64,000 nt of DNA, taken from the NCBI GenBank assembly GCA_010093745.1, contig MU005970.1:68138-132137 (forward strand), given 5' to 3'. The stretch comes from Piedraia hortae CBS 480.64 (Eukaryota). Both the position numbers and the translations under genes were made by a program. Of this stretch, positions 1 to 11,159 are shown piece after piece. Every line of letters begins with the position of its first letter. The stretch's first letter is position 1. Below the pieces are notes generated by a model. That model searched no databases. It was not told the DNA's origin and worked only from the letters and a program-made list of their open reading frames with translations.

Positions 1-685
1 GGTGTCATCAAAAAAAAAACCTTGATGCTCTGCGCAATGTCCCCGCGGCGTTCAATCACGTTCTGCAGCATACAGGCGCCGATGACGTGGTGCAGAGTCG
101 TCTGGGTGCGTTCGACGAGGGATATGCGGATGTCGCTGATGCCAAACGCAGCCTTGTGCGGCGACGTGATATGATAGTAAATGACCGACATGAGCGTCAG
201 ATTGATATCGTCCTTGGTCATGCGCACTTGACGCGGCACCTCAGCAATCTTAATCTTGACATCGATTTGGAAGATTTTCTCGCTCAGCGTATTGACCTTG
301 ACAAGCCCCGGGTCCACGACACGAGAGAAGCGGGCGAACTTGGAGACAAGGCCCATATTTCCTTACGCGACTATGCGATGGTGAGTTCAAAGATCGTTTG
401 ATATGGAATTCTGGATGAGTGCATACCACCGCGATATGAATAGGGAAAGCAGATACAGCCTGAGATCACGCCCAAAATGCCGATTATGTTTCCAACAGTA
501 TCGATAATGGCTCCATACCATCTGTGTTGCTCCTCTTCTTTCTCGTTTGGTTGGATTATTCTCGCATAAGAAGGCTGAAGGCCTTCCTGTCGTGGAGGAG
601 CGACATTTACAAGCGGCTGAGGCCCATCATAGTTAGTCTGGGAGGCCTTATCGTTGGTGGTGGATGTCGTAGCTTCAGTGTCCAT
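1..685 (-). pseudogene. Stomatin/SPFH (band 7) family gene with a premature stop; runs off the window edge
   Basis: Exon 1 (685-427) encodes ...LQPSYARII...GCICFPYSY. The intron is GTATGC...TAG at 426-371. Exon 2 reads VA*GNMGLVSKFARFSRVVDPGLVKVN...EVPRQVRMTKD...YYHITSPHKAAFGI...LVERTQTTL, a fungal stomatin-like sequence. An in-frame TAA lies at 365-363 where Q is expected. Confidence 0.85.
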
Positions 686-823
686 ACTTGTGTTTATTTT
701 ATGCTTCAGATTGTTGTGAATACGTCGTGTGTGTGGTGGAAACGTGCAGCACGATGCATTTAAGGTAGGCAGGGAAATGCGTTACTCATCAGGAATAAGC
801 TACGTGATCATTCGTGTGACCTG

Positions 824-1677
824 TCAAGGTGATTAACCGGATTACTTAAGGCGGCGCAGTTCGAACTCCCCCCTCGTCGACCGATCATGCTTGAGTGCTA
901 CAGCTCAGCCTCCGCGCCACCTTGCAGAGCCACAGGTTTTCATTGCGCCGCCTGTTATAAATGGCCTATATGACTATTCATGATCTGATTAACCCCTCCG
1001 CTATGGGCTGAGGGCTATCTGTGTACTGATGAGCTCCAGATCTGTAGCGCCTGGATTAGTGTCGCGCGTGCGTACACTTTAAACGTGCGCCAGGACAAGA
1101 GGCCTGGCATGTAGCAGCTTCATGAATGAAGGCCAGTCTCTAATTTCTCTTATGGTATATAATCACCACTTCACTGACACCAAATGTGCAATGTCTTTCA
1201 TTCGAGCTAACCAACAGCAATATGCTTCAAACCAGATTGTATCATATTTCCTGTTGCATTTGATACGTCCGAACACCCTTGGGATATGACATCCACGCTT
1301 GATGCCTTGTGCAAACTGCAAGGGGTTGCTTTTACGTCGTACGAAGAGCCCGACCTTGGAAACAAGTGCCAAAGAACAAACAATCCCAGACTAAGACAGC
1401 AAAATCTCGACCAGAGGATTACACGACAGAATGAGGCAGCGCTCACCTCTCGGTTGGCGGCTGCACCGGGCCCAGGGGGCAGGAAATGATGCCATCAGGA
1501 CATGACGTGGCAATATGGCATTGGCTCATCTGCTGATGCATGGACAGTAGGTAGATATCGTGGAAATTATGTAGGGTATGGAGGCAGGTCTTTGAATGTG
1601 GCGCTCAACCATAATTGGTCGACAAGAAGGGTGAGTCCAACCCACGCCACTTTGGGTGGTTCGGTTAATCACCCTGA
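824..1677. mobile_element. Non-autonomous TIR element (MITE-like, ~850 bp), copy 1
   Basis: The ends TCAAGGTGATTAACCG (824-839) and CGGTTAATCACCCTGA (1662-1677) are inverted with 15/16 matches. The imperfect inverted repeat extends ~80 bp inward. The body is collinear with 31646-32505. Confidence 0.8.
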
Positions 1678-2047
1678 TATCAGCAGAGTACCATCGCTTC
1701 CAAAATTTACATGTCGGTACCATGCCAGCTTCAGTTTGAATGTCATATGGAAAGCATCTTATTGTGCCAAATTTTTGATAAGTGGTCCTGTTGTGGAAAT
1801 ATGGGCCAAGAGGGTGATTGCGTTGACTATGTGAGCCGCTGTCTCAGGCCGTCATGGATGAAATAACCACCACGATGCAATGCCAGGCAGTAAACAAGGA
1901 AGCAGCTCTCACAGAATCTTGTCTTAACGCCATTTCTCTACTCCATCTTTGAAAACTTTTAATTCTCAAAGTGCGGAGAGCAGCGTATCTACAAAATTGC
2001 CCATGATGCACCTAGGGATGATTTTGATCTTGTAGTTTTTATCTCAT

Positions 2048-2962
2048 CTAGCCAGGCCGAAGACAACATAGATTCCTTCCAAATCCATAAGAAAGTTCAC
2101 AACCAACATAGTGATAAAAGTGAGCCCCTGTATGGACCAACATGAGAATATTTGGCCTATCTTGTGGTTTCGGAGATAACAAGGCTGTCAGGAAGGACAA
2201 ATACCAGGGCGATACATTTGGGTGATCAGCCAAAGCTCTTTCAATCGTCTCCTCGTTGTATTCCCTGCATCGATTGTCGAAGCCCCGAACGGTTGCCACA
2301 GAGAACACGACGGCACCGAAACAATAGATATCGGCTTGAGGAAGACAGCAAGATGCAGTAACCTCCCTCGATTGTGCAAACTCCGGGGGCACATAACCAT
2401 GTGTGCCTATATAGGTCGGAAAATCGTAGCTAAATCTTGTCTGGCCGAAATCGCCAAGAACGATCCGTGGCAGCTGATGGGGACTGTGTCTCCAGTCCAA
2501 AAAAATGTTGTCTGGCTTTATATTGCCATGGATGAGAGAAGAGTTGCTGAACGGGCGCAGATTTGGGTTGCATATGTCCCGAATGCCGAGTTGGATGTAA
2601 GCCAGAGCCGATATAAGCGATGCAACTAGATGTTCAAGGAAAAGCGGTGGCGCGGCGTGGCCCGATTGGTGCCAGCTTATAAGCAGGTCGGATAAATCAC
2701 CGCCAGAGCAGTACTCCATGAAGATGTAATAGTTGGGGGCTTGGTACCAGAAGGCACTCATGAAGTTGAGATTTGGGTGCCACGCGGACAAAGGTCCACG
2801 GAGAATCCTCATTTCCATGGGGATGTCGACCAAGCTTCCGTCGCATACTTGTTGCAGTTTCTTCACAGCATAGACTTCAGCATTCCTGCGGACGACGATG
2901 ATCTCAGTGCTGGGTCCTGAGATAGTGCTCTGAAGTTCCAACCCATCAAACCAGGAAGACAT
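2048..2962 (-). CDS. Ser/Thr protein kinase-like protein, intronless, with the catalytic Asp replaced (possible pseudokinase)
   Basis: Motifs YAVKK, HPNL, MEYCSGGDL, HGNIKPDN (HxD changed to HxN), DFG, GTHGYVPPE, DIYCFG and P..DRP. No Gly-rich loop. Confidence 0.85.
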   Translation of the reverse strand: MSSWFDGLELQSTISGPSTEIIVVRRNAEVYAVKKLQQVCDGSLVDIPMEMRILRGPLSAWHPNLNFMSAFWYQAPNYYIFMEYCSGGDLSDLLISWHQSGHAAPPLFLEHLVASLISALAYIQLGIRDICNPNLRPFSNSSLIHGNIKPDNIFLDWRHSPHQLPRIVLGDFGQTRFSYDFPTYIGTHGYVPPEFAQSREVTASCCLPQADIYCFGAVVFSVATVRGFDNRCREYNEETIERALADHPNVSPWYLSFLTALLSPKPQDRPNILMLVHTGAHFYHYVGCELSYGFGRNLCCLRPG

Positions 2963-5614
2963 GTTTGGAGTGCAGTATCGATGCAGATAGGTGTGTGCAG
3001 ATGGATGTGTAGAGATGAAATGGTGAAGGCGAAATTACGGAGATGGTGGGATCAAATACCCTGCGCAACGTGAGTCATTAGATTTTACTCGGTTGTTAGA
3101 TTTGACTGTCCAAATACCAAGAGCCTAAATTGCACTAGGCCATGTGAAGCTTCAAAACCCAGACTATTTTATGTTACGGTCTGTAACTGAAGATGCAAGG
3201 AATTGGAAAAGGTTGACGCGCAGAAATTCTCAAAGGGTGGAATCTTTGCACCAGACACCCACCATTTCGTAGATATGTTTTCGCGTTTCCAATCCACTGT
3301 ACCCACTGGTGACGAGAAAGTTCATCGTCAACATGCCTAATTAAGTCTAGCTCCCCGTTTGGGCCTATCAGACAGCTGAACAGCGGAGTATAATAATGTG
3401 GTCAAAGTGGGGAACTAGGCTCAATCGGGCATGCTGGCGATGGACTTTGCGTCTCCGGTGAGTGGATTATTTGACACGTGCAACAGCAATGCAATCTCCA
3501 CTCCTCTCCACTCCAACATCAGAGTCATGGAAAGACAAAATGTCCACTATTTCATCCAAGTGATAGCTTTCATGTTGTTTTCTCCAATATAGGGATGTTC
3601 AAAGCATGTTGCTCGGTTTTTGAGCCTGACAATTGGCGCCCCGATCAACTTTGGCTTGGAAAAAGGCGTTCAGAAAAGCTCCTACTGTTGCCCTAGAAAT
3701 GGGTCAGGGGCATTGGCAAGTGATAATCTAGCCAGATTCATGACGAAGGAAATGTCAACAGTATGATCCCTGATCGATTTGAGTTTGTTACATTTTACGT
3801 CTTTCTTGACCGCTAGATAGCGGAATTATACCTCACTGTTAGGTATATCCTAATTGCGGTTTCTCGTCTCCAAAATTGTGTGCATTTCCTACCAGACGCA
3901 GTCGACATGCTCGAATCGCCTCGAGCAGCTGCCGCCGATTACTGATGAATTTGAAGCTTGTGTGCCCCAGGAAGACCTATATTAATGCCTTAAGCCCGTG
4001 TGCCTCAGGAAACACTGGAATGCCTCGGGAAGTGCTGGAATACCTCAGCACTGTCTTATACGCAGTCCCCAAGTACCCCAAGTACCCCCATGACGTGGAT
4101 TCCCCCATTTACTGCTTAACGAGTGCTTCCGGTCCTCCGTACAATGGTGAAAGTGGCCCCGTGCCTTTTCAGCACCGCGCAAGCAGCGCAGGCGCATTTG
4201 CATGATTGAAGAGGCCATTATGTTTTCAGAAGTCGCCATGGCCGATTCTGACAATTGCAAGATGGGATGGGATGAAGCGGAAATGTTTTAGGTCCTCGAG
4301 CGGTTTTGCCGAGATGACGCCGCCCAGGGATTATTATGACTGTATGGCATTACCTGCATACCATGTACGCAGAGGCCTCTCATGCTGCGCATTTGACGTG
4401 GGCAACCGATGGTTGTCAAGGGCTCGGTGCCCATAGGTATGGCCCTGTCTCGGGCATCAGCCACGGACGATGGTAAGTGACTGAGGGGCTGCCCAGCCTC
4501 GGGCCTGCATGAACCCTCGTCCACCTACTAATAGATACCGTGGGCAGAATGATGGAAATCGGGATGAGTGTGACGCTTGAAAAACGTCTACTACACTCGT
4601 ATGTGATGGCTAAGATGCCATTCTCATAACCTTTCAACGTTCATCACATAACTCGGCCGGTGCAATGTCTACGTTCTCTCTATCTAGCCACGTACGTCTC
4701 CAGCTTGTCTTGGAGTTTACAAAAAACAGTGGCGGTAGATAATTAAACCAGGCGAGAACCATGGAACACGCATGATCAGCCTATTAGTAGGCAAATGGAA
4801 TCGATAAGCAAAACCTGGGAAATAGCAAGCAAGGAGACAATTGTGTTTTAGGTTCAGTGTGAACTCTCTTATCAAGACAGTATGTATTGTGCGCTCGACG
4901 AAGTGTTTGAATGTTGCAGTGTCTTGTTGTTGTCAAATATTTACATTGGAGATTGTGTGGAGAATTGGCAATTTCGGCGGGCCGTGACATTTTGCAATGT
5001 CGCTCCACTAGTGATGACTCATCACATGCGCGAATTTCTCAATGGCCAATGGGCAAGCAGCTGAGAATCATGAGAAGCAAAATTTGCGTCCGCCGAGACT
5101 CGAACTCGGTCCTCGAGCATATCAAATTGTACAATGGGAAGCTCGAATTCTACCCTTAAACTACGAACGCAATTTGACGAATTTGATTGTTGAATGTTTA
5201 TAAATGACTTGGCGTAATTGTCTTTCATCCAGCAAAAGAAACACACCGTGCGTGGTGGTGTATGAGGGGCTTCTCTGAAAACTGTCATGTCATACACCAC
5301 TGAACTTGAGGCATGGGAGTTCGGGGTCTCGCCAATAGCCTATAGCTACTCTTCTAGGACACTGGAAAGACGGGCTGATAAAACTCCGTGAACACACCAG
5401 TGCACAAAAGAATGGCTTCCATCTGAGGGCGCCTCCAGACCCATAACCCACTATCACTAAGGGCACCACAAGAAAAGCATTGCTGCATGAAACAAGCAAT
5501 GCTGCCTCAAAGGGACAGTACTGTCGGACGACTCTATCCACAATGCAACTTCGAAGGGAACCAAACAAATGCCAACTAAGTAACGTATGTTGAGATCGAC
5601 CATCAGAAGCCTTT

Positions 5615-6090
5615 TCAGCTGCTGGAAAATTTGAAGGCCGTACCTAAATGTAATTCCGGCAATAAAAAACGCCCCTTGCGGAGTAGAATTTTCTTTGTTG
5701 CCCTCTTTCCCAGATCACGAAGTCCAATCAGTTGGATGCACAGTTGACGCACCAGCGCTGGCAGATGCTCCAGTCGGGCTACAGAGAAATCTTTCTTCGA
5801 TCCCTTTTGCTGAGCTATGATCCGTGCACGATCGCACTGTCGCGTGGAGATAAGTTTGGGGTTGATACGGAAATGCAGTCCTGCCTCTTCATAAGTTGCA
5901 TACCGCTTGCTAAGACCGGATTGTGGCTGGCCACGCCGACTTCTTGCCCTACTACCACGTACAGTGGATGCGCCGCTGTCGGTCATGCGCTTATTCGCCA
6001 GGTACCGAAATACTTGCATCTTCTTCTCACAGGTGTAGCTATTGCGCGTTTTCTCGGACTCGGGACTACGTGTTTTATTGGGCGGTACTG
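5615..6090 (-). mobile_element. Relic of a pogo/Tc5-like transposase DNA-binding region
   Basis: The translation RNSYTCEKKMQVFRYL...TYEEAGLHFRINPKLIS...IIAQQKGSKK...LPALVRQL...LRDLGKR...FKFSS resembles the N-terminal HTH plus CENP-B HTH of fungal pogo-type transposases. It is truncated by a stop and no DDE domain is seen. Confidence 0.55.
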
Positions 6091-6244
6091 ATGCTACCGT
6101 CTTTGTGGCGGTCGGAAGTACAGCTGTAAGTAGATTGGCGTGTTTTCACTGCCTCACACCCGGCGGCAACCAATAGACCCAGTGATGTGCACAGTACATA
6201 GGCCACCAGCTCCTCTTTGCAGTCGGTCTGGTTAGCCAGCCCCT

Positions 6245-7110
6245 TTACCGTGGACTAAACCTGTCCAGCCAGGTAGTGGGCCACTTGGTAAGCTCTAGCC
6301 ACAAGGAGATCTGGCATCCGACGCCTTTGGCCTGTGCTGAATCGGGCGCTACCTCGATCTGGTCAAGCTGCTGACCGAATGCAGTCAGTAGGTCGTCTGC
6401 AGCCTCATCTTCAGTGGTCTTGATTGCGTACTTGTCCAGCTCCGGCAAGATTTGCTGAAAGTTTTAGCAGACTCCCATGAAACTGGAAATGCTGCTTCTC
6501 TGGGCCTTTCCCAAGCACCTGATATACCTTTCTATGTGGGCCTCATAAAATGGGCCGAGCTTGTTGTAAAAAGTGAACGCGTAACTTTGGGAGCCGTGGA
6601 GCCATGACTTGAAGCCTGCGTTTCCACCTTCCCCTGGGAAGTGGTGGCGTTGCCGAGATGACGAACTTGGTTTGTCCACGTCTTGACTCAGAGCACATTA
6701 TGGGGCCACCACTCTCTTTAGAGGTATCTCACCAGCGTTAGCCAGTTTTCCGGGGTGTCGGAGTCCTCTTCGCGGTCTCAGCTCACATGCTTGATAAAAT
6801 GCAGCGGACGTTGGGGCTTCGATGAATTCGTCGTAAGGAATCATAAACTCTTGATCAGCCGCGCTCAAGCTATACCGGTATCTCCCTTCCTCGAGCTGCA
6901 TGTTCTTTTCACCGTTTGATCAGATGTAGTGTGGTTCGCGCAAAGGCTAACCAGGCACCAAGCCATACGGCTGAAGGATGAATGGATACTATTATCATGG
7001 CATTTCTTGTGCACGAGTACCCATTGTGGTAAGAGGTTACCGTGGCCATAAGCTTGTCCTCTAAAGATATCTGGCGGTGATATTGGAAATTTGTGTGCCA
7101 AAGGCTCATG
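6245..7110 (-). pseudogene. Fragmented coding relic of uncertain family, possibly a repeat-associated fungal protein
   Basis: Consecutive short minus-strand ORFs with protein-like text, including the motif SLWLELTKWP, which recalls the SPWLxxTxW motif of fungal telomere-linked helicase-associated proteins. Weak. Confidence 0.25.
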
Positions 7111-8011
7111 ATCTCGGTTTCAGGAGTCGGTTGCCCAGGGGTGAAGGATCGCTTGTCCAGGAAATAAATCTTACAGAGCGTTCAATGCATCTCTGTCATG
7201 GTCGTGGAAGATCGCGGCTGGTTTGAAGATGTTTGCAGATCCTGGTGGTCGGTAACGATTCCGAGCGCGCCGGGCGCCATTCTTCCAAGGCCATAAAAAT
7301 CTCCAAAGGCTACTTATCATATATCTCGTAATTGCATTCTGCGGTGGAATTTGCCCCGCGGTCGACACGCACTCCACCATACTCACTCACTCCCTATTCC
7401 GGGGCGCTGAGACGGTCGTGTGATTTCTCTTCACAATTGTCAAGGCGACTGCATTGCTGCAAACCCCCAAGCCGAGCCCTTGCTTGTCCATATTGCACAC
7501 ATCTTCTCTGTGAATTTGTTTCCGTTCATGGCAGCCTCACCGTAAGAATGGCATCGATGGAGAATAACAGGGGGCTAACCTAGAAAATGTCCTTAAAGGC
7601 CATTAGCTAAAAGCAGTGGGCGTCGGCGGTGCTGGTTGTCCGGGTGGTAAAAGAAGAACACCCCAAAAGCATAGTCAATGACTTGAAGCAAATTTTTGCT
7701 TCGAGTTGGTGGTAAACAAGCGACCCAAATGACAGTTCGGAACGCATTCATCCAATTTTTTTAAGGGGCCAGTTATCGCAGTCCGCCTGCGAGATCCTAC
7801 AGGCTATTTCTTGCTCGCGCGCATGCGTGGGCGCATGTCCACAGCTGCTCTCATCTATTATCCACTCTGCACAAGACAGTACAGATCTGTAAAAGCCAGC
7901 AGGGTGTTGGAAGATAGATGTTGCGTTGCGTAATCTTTTTGAAGATTGAGTTGTTCGAATTGTTATTTTCTGCTGTTCATCAGCGAGCTTATAGGTATCA
8001 AATCAATGAAA

Positions 8012-8244
8012 TACCGTACTCACTCGAGACGAAGGGTTTATTACTAGCGCGCCTAGTTGAATTTAGTTCTATACTCCGACCGATCAGACAGCGCTGTCAC
8101 TTTCCCACCAACCTAGTATAGGTATGGTGTGGGAAAGAGCGCCGATGGCGGCCCCCGAAGAGAGCAGTCTGATTGGCTGAGATGCGGGACTAAACTTGAA
8201 CAGGCACGCTAGCGATAAACCCTTCATCTCAAGTGAGTACGATA
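8012..8244. mobile_element. Foldback MITE with ~75-bp TIRs and TA flanks (pogo/Tc1-mariner type)
   Basis: The left arm TA-CCGTACTCACTCGAGACGAAGGGTTTATTACTAGCGCGCCT... matches the reverse complement of the right arm, TA-TCGTACTCACTTGAGATGAAGGGTTTATCGCTAGCGTGCCT.... There is also an inner hairpin CTTTCCCAC...GTGGGAAAG. Confidence 0.85.
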
Positions 8245-8308
8245 CGAGGCGTTTTGAAAGAGCCGGTGTAGTTGCAAGACAGGGTAGCAGAGATGACCGG
8301 GTTATGAG

Positions 8309-9406
8309 CTACTTCCTCACTGGCATCTTCAAAGCCTTTGTATCCATGGAACTCAATGCTAAACTGTAGACCCAACTATCGGGGCTGTCGAACCAGGCAC
8401 GCACCATTTCTTTCCACTCCTTCGTACTGATTGTCGCTACTCCCATCCCTCTCTGACGCACCTCCACCTTGGCTTTGGCTGCCATTTGCAACAATTTAAT
8501 CTCTCGGCTTGAGAGTGTCCGTGGCCTGGTATACGGGGCCTGTTTATCTGCCTGCTTGCGAAGTGGCACTAATGGAGAGCCGGGGTCCGGCTTGAGAAGA
8601 ACCAGTATCCGCGTTAACTCTGGAAGTTTGCCAAGGGCTCCACGGAAGAATCTTCCAAAAAAAAGTTGAAAGTTTTCTGGCGTGTCGTGGCCCGTAACTA
8701 CCAGGCGGCATAGGACGAGCTTTATGATATCTTGAGGTGTGAAATCGTCGGCTACGGAGCTTGGCATCGGCAATGCCATTCCTAATGCTTCTCCCAACAC
8801 GCAAGCTTCTGGAATGTTCGGTGCTTTGTTTAGATAATGTAAGTACGCCTCGGCCACAGCTTTGGAGTTCTTGCATTCGTATCGATGCGAAGACCAGTGG
8901 GATCTTTGACACGCCTTGGAGCAATATCTGACATTCAGACAACGCGCACAACACTTGAACACTTCATGGGGATACTCCTCAACCAAACAATGCGCACATG
9001 TGACCTGCGCATTTTGTTTATCCTGCCATTCTTGAACAACACCATCGTTAAACTCTTCCCAGCTACGCTGGAGCGTTTTGATCTCTGCTGGGTGACATCT
9101 CCCGATTGATTGTAACTCTCGTGGGGCTTCATATTTGCGAAGAATGTTCTCAATGCGGTTTGAAAGCTGGGTGTTCTCCATTGTTGACCACGTCCAGGGT
9201 CCATACGCGGTATCGGCTGCCTCATAAAGGTTCTTGAATGCTCGAAGCAAGCGCTCCGCGGCCTCTTTGGCTGGGTCAAGCCCTGCCGAAGACATAACTT
9301 CCTCGGGGCCGGCCACGCAAAATGCTTCGCCCTTGAAGTGTAGGGCGTAAGCATAATTGTGATCTTTGAATCCCTTAAAGATGCCAAATATCCAGTGATT
9401 GGGCAT
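8309..9406 (-). CDS. MYND-type zinc finger protein
   Basis: 365-aa ORF containing CAHC...CCARCLNVRYCSKACQRSHWSSHRYEC (zf-MYND signature). Confidence 0.85.
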   Translation of the reverse strand: MPNHWIFGIFKGFKDHNYAYALHFKGEAFCVAGPEEVMSSAGLDPAKEAAERLLRAFKNLYEAADTAYGPWTWSTMENTQLSNRIENILRKYEAPRELQSIGRCHPAEIKTLQRSWEEFNDGVVQEWQDKQNAQVTCAHCLVEEYPHEVFKCCARCLNVRYCSKACQRSHWSSHRYECKNSKAVAEAYLHYLNKAPNIPEACVLGEALGMALPMPSSVADDFTPQDIIKLVLCRLVVTGHDTPENFQLFFGRFFRGALGKLPELTRILVLLKPDPGSPLVPLRKQADKQAPYTRPRTLSSREIKLLQMAAKAKVEVRQRGMGVATISTKEWKEMVRAWFDSPDSWVYSLALSSMDTKALKMPVRK

Positions 9407-10482
9407 ACTATGGCTGGGTAAGTCAGTTTACAAGCATTGCAATTTTTTGCTTACCCGCTCGATGTAGTTCTTGGCCGTGGAATGGCTTTGAACTTTGCCA
9501 TCAAAGCGTCCATGATGCCAGAAGTTTACGCCAAATTTGATCAGGTTTACCTTTGTTTTTAGATGGGAATTGACTGGGTGTACTAAGACTATGACTAAGG
9601 CAAGAGCCTTGATAAGCATTTCAAGCTGATCGTGACTGCAATATACAGTTCCTAGCGTGATGAAAGCTTGGGCATGGTAGTTGACCGAATGCCGAGGTTG
9701 TTACATGCAACACAGAGGGCTTCATCCGTTGTGGCTGCTCAATATGATCGGGAGAGGCATGACGGTCGAGTTGCACGTTACCCTAAATTGCAGAGGATGC
9801 TGGGCTGGCAACGCAATATGAGACTCTAGGTTCGGGTCCGAGTTCGCTTGAGAGACTGACACACCAAAAACGCCGAATTCATAGTGACGTGGGCAATGTG
9901 TACGGAATAATCGACGAGTCATCCCCAAGACATGCCGGCGACTATGTAGATTGATGAGCTACAACGTTACAAGCAGTGCATTGCTACAAGCAACTCATTG
10001 CACATCCGAGGGGCTCGATTACGCTCGAGGTTTCCGTTCCAGATCGCTGGCTTCGAGATGTTGGCATATCGTGCTCTCGGTACTGGCATGAGACTAACAC
10101 TAGATTGGCTGTCACAGAGCATCGCAGCAGGTATTCTTTAGATACATCGGATCGTGTTGATGTGCCGAGCAGTTGGCGGCATCCCCGAGGGTCAAGCGCT
10201 CTTGTCCGAATGACGCTGCGATAGGTTGCTATTCGGGGTTCTGGGAACACAGGCAGCCGGCGCAGATAGCCCATTCATACATTGCCTCATTTATGGCAGA
10301 ACACTGTTTTACGAGCGCCGGGCTTGTTCATCTTCTGTTGTACGGGCGCTGCCTGGCTGCGTCTACGACGTGAGGTGACAGGCAAAGGTGGGGGCTTCGG
10401 AAGAATTCCGCAGTCTTGGCATACACTCGTCCAAAATTTTGATCCTGCCGACTCCACCACAACCGCGAATCTTCGTCAGCAT

Positions 10483-10530
10483 GTATGTGTTGCTAACCGT
10501 GGGCCGAAACGGAGGCTGATTGCGCCGTAG
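10483..10530 (+). other. Probable 5'-UTR intron of RPS22
   Basis: GTATGT donor at 10483, branch-like GCTGAT, and TAG acceptor at 10528-10530, 58 nt upstream of the ATG. Confidence 0.65.
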
Positions 10531-10588
10531 ATACCTCTTGGCTTTTTGCCGTTGAAGACAGAGACAAGAGAATCTCAGCGCCGCAGCC

Positions 10589-11084
10589 ATGGTCCGCACT
10601 TCGGTCCTCAACGATGCGCTCAACGCCATCAACAATGCCGAGAAGACTGGAAAGCGCCAGGTCCTCATCCGCCCTAGCTCCAAAGTCATTGTCAAGTTTC
10701 TGGAGGTCATGCAGAAGCACGGTAGGCGGATTCACGGGGAGAGGAAGAGCGCTCGGGTTGACAGGTCTGCACAGGCTATATCGGCGAGTTTGAAGAGGTG
10801 GACGATCACCGCAACGGCAAGATTGTGATCCAGCTCAACGGCCGGTAAGTTGGAATGCAGGACGATGGAACAATTGCACTAACGACGGTGGCAGCCTTAA
10901 CAAGACGGGAGTCATCTCCCCGCGCTACAACGTCCAGCTTCGTGACCTTGAGAAGTGGGTGGTCAAGCTGCTGCCCTCTCGTCAGTTTGGCAAGATCGTT
11001 CTGACTACGTCTGCGGGCATCATGGATCACGAAGAGGCGAGAAGGAAGCACGTTGCTGGCAAGATCATCGGATTCTTCTACTAG
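10589..11084 (+). CDS. RPS22: 40S ribosomal protein uS8 (S22/S15a), two coding-region introns
   Basis: [82 protein letters not shown]...[13 protein letters not shown]. Introns at ~10722-10773 and ~10844-10893. Confidence 0.98.
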
Positions 11085-11159
11085 AACCTGTAGCTGATGG
11101 GTAGCGAATGTCACGTGTAGAAGAACAGTTTGTTGGATGCAGCGTAGAGTGAAGTGACG

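Noticed and set aside
3995..4090. Short tandem repeats (TGCCTCRGGAA...CTGGAA; CCCCAAGTA x2-3)
   Set aside because: Too short and degenerate to assign to an element or a function.
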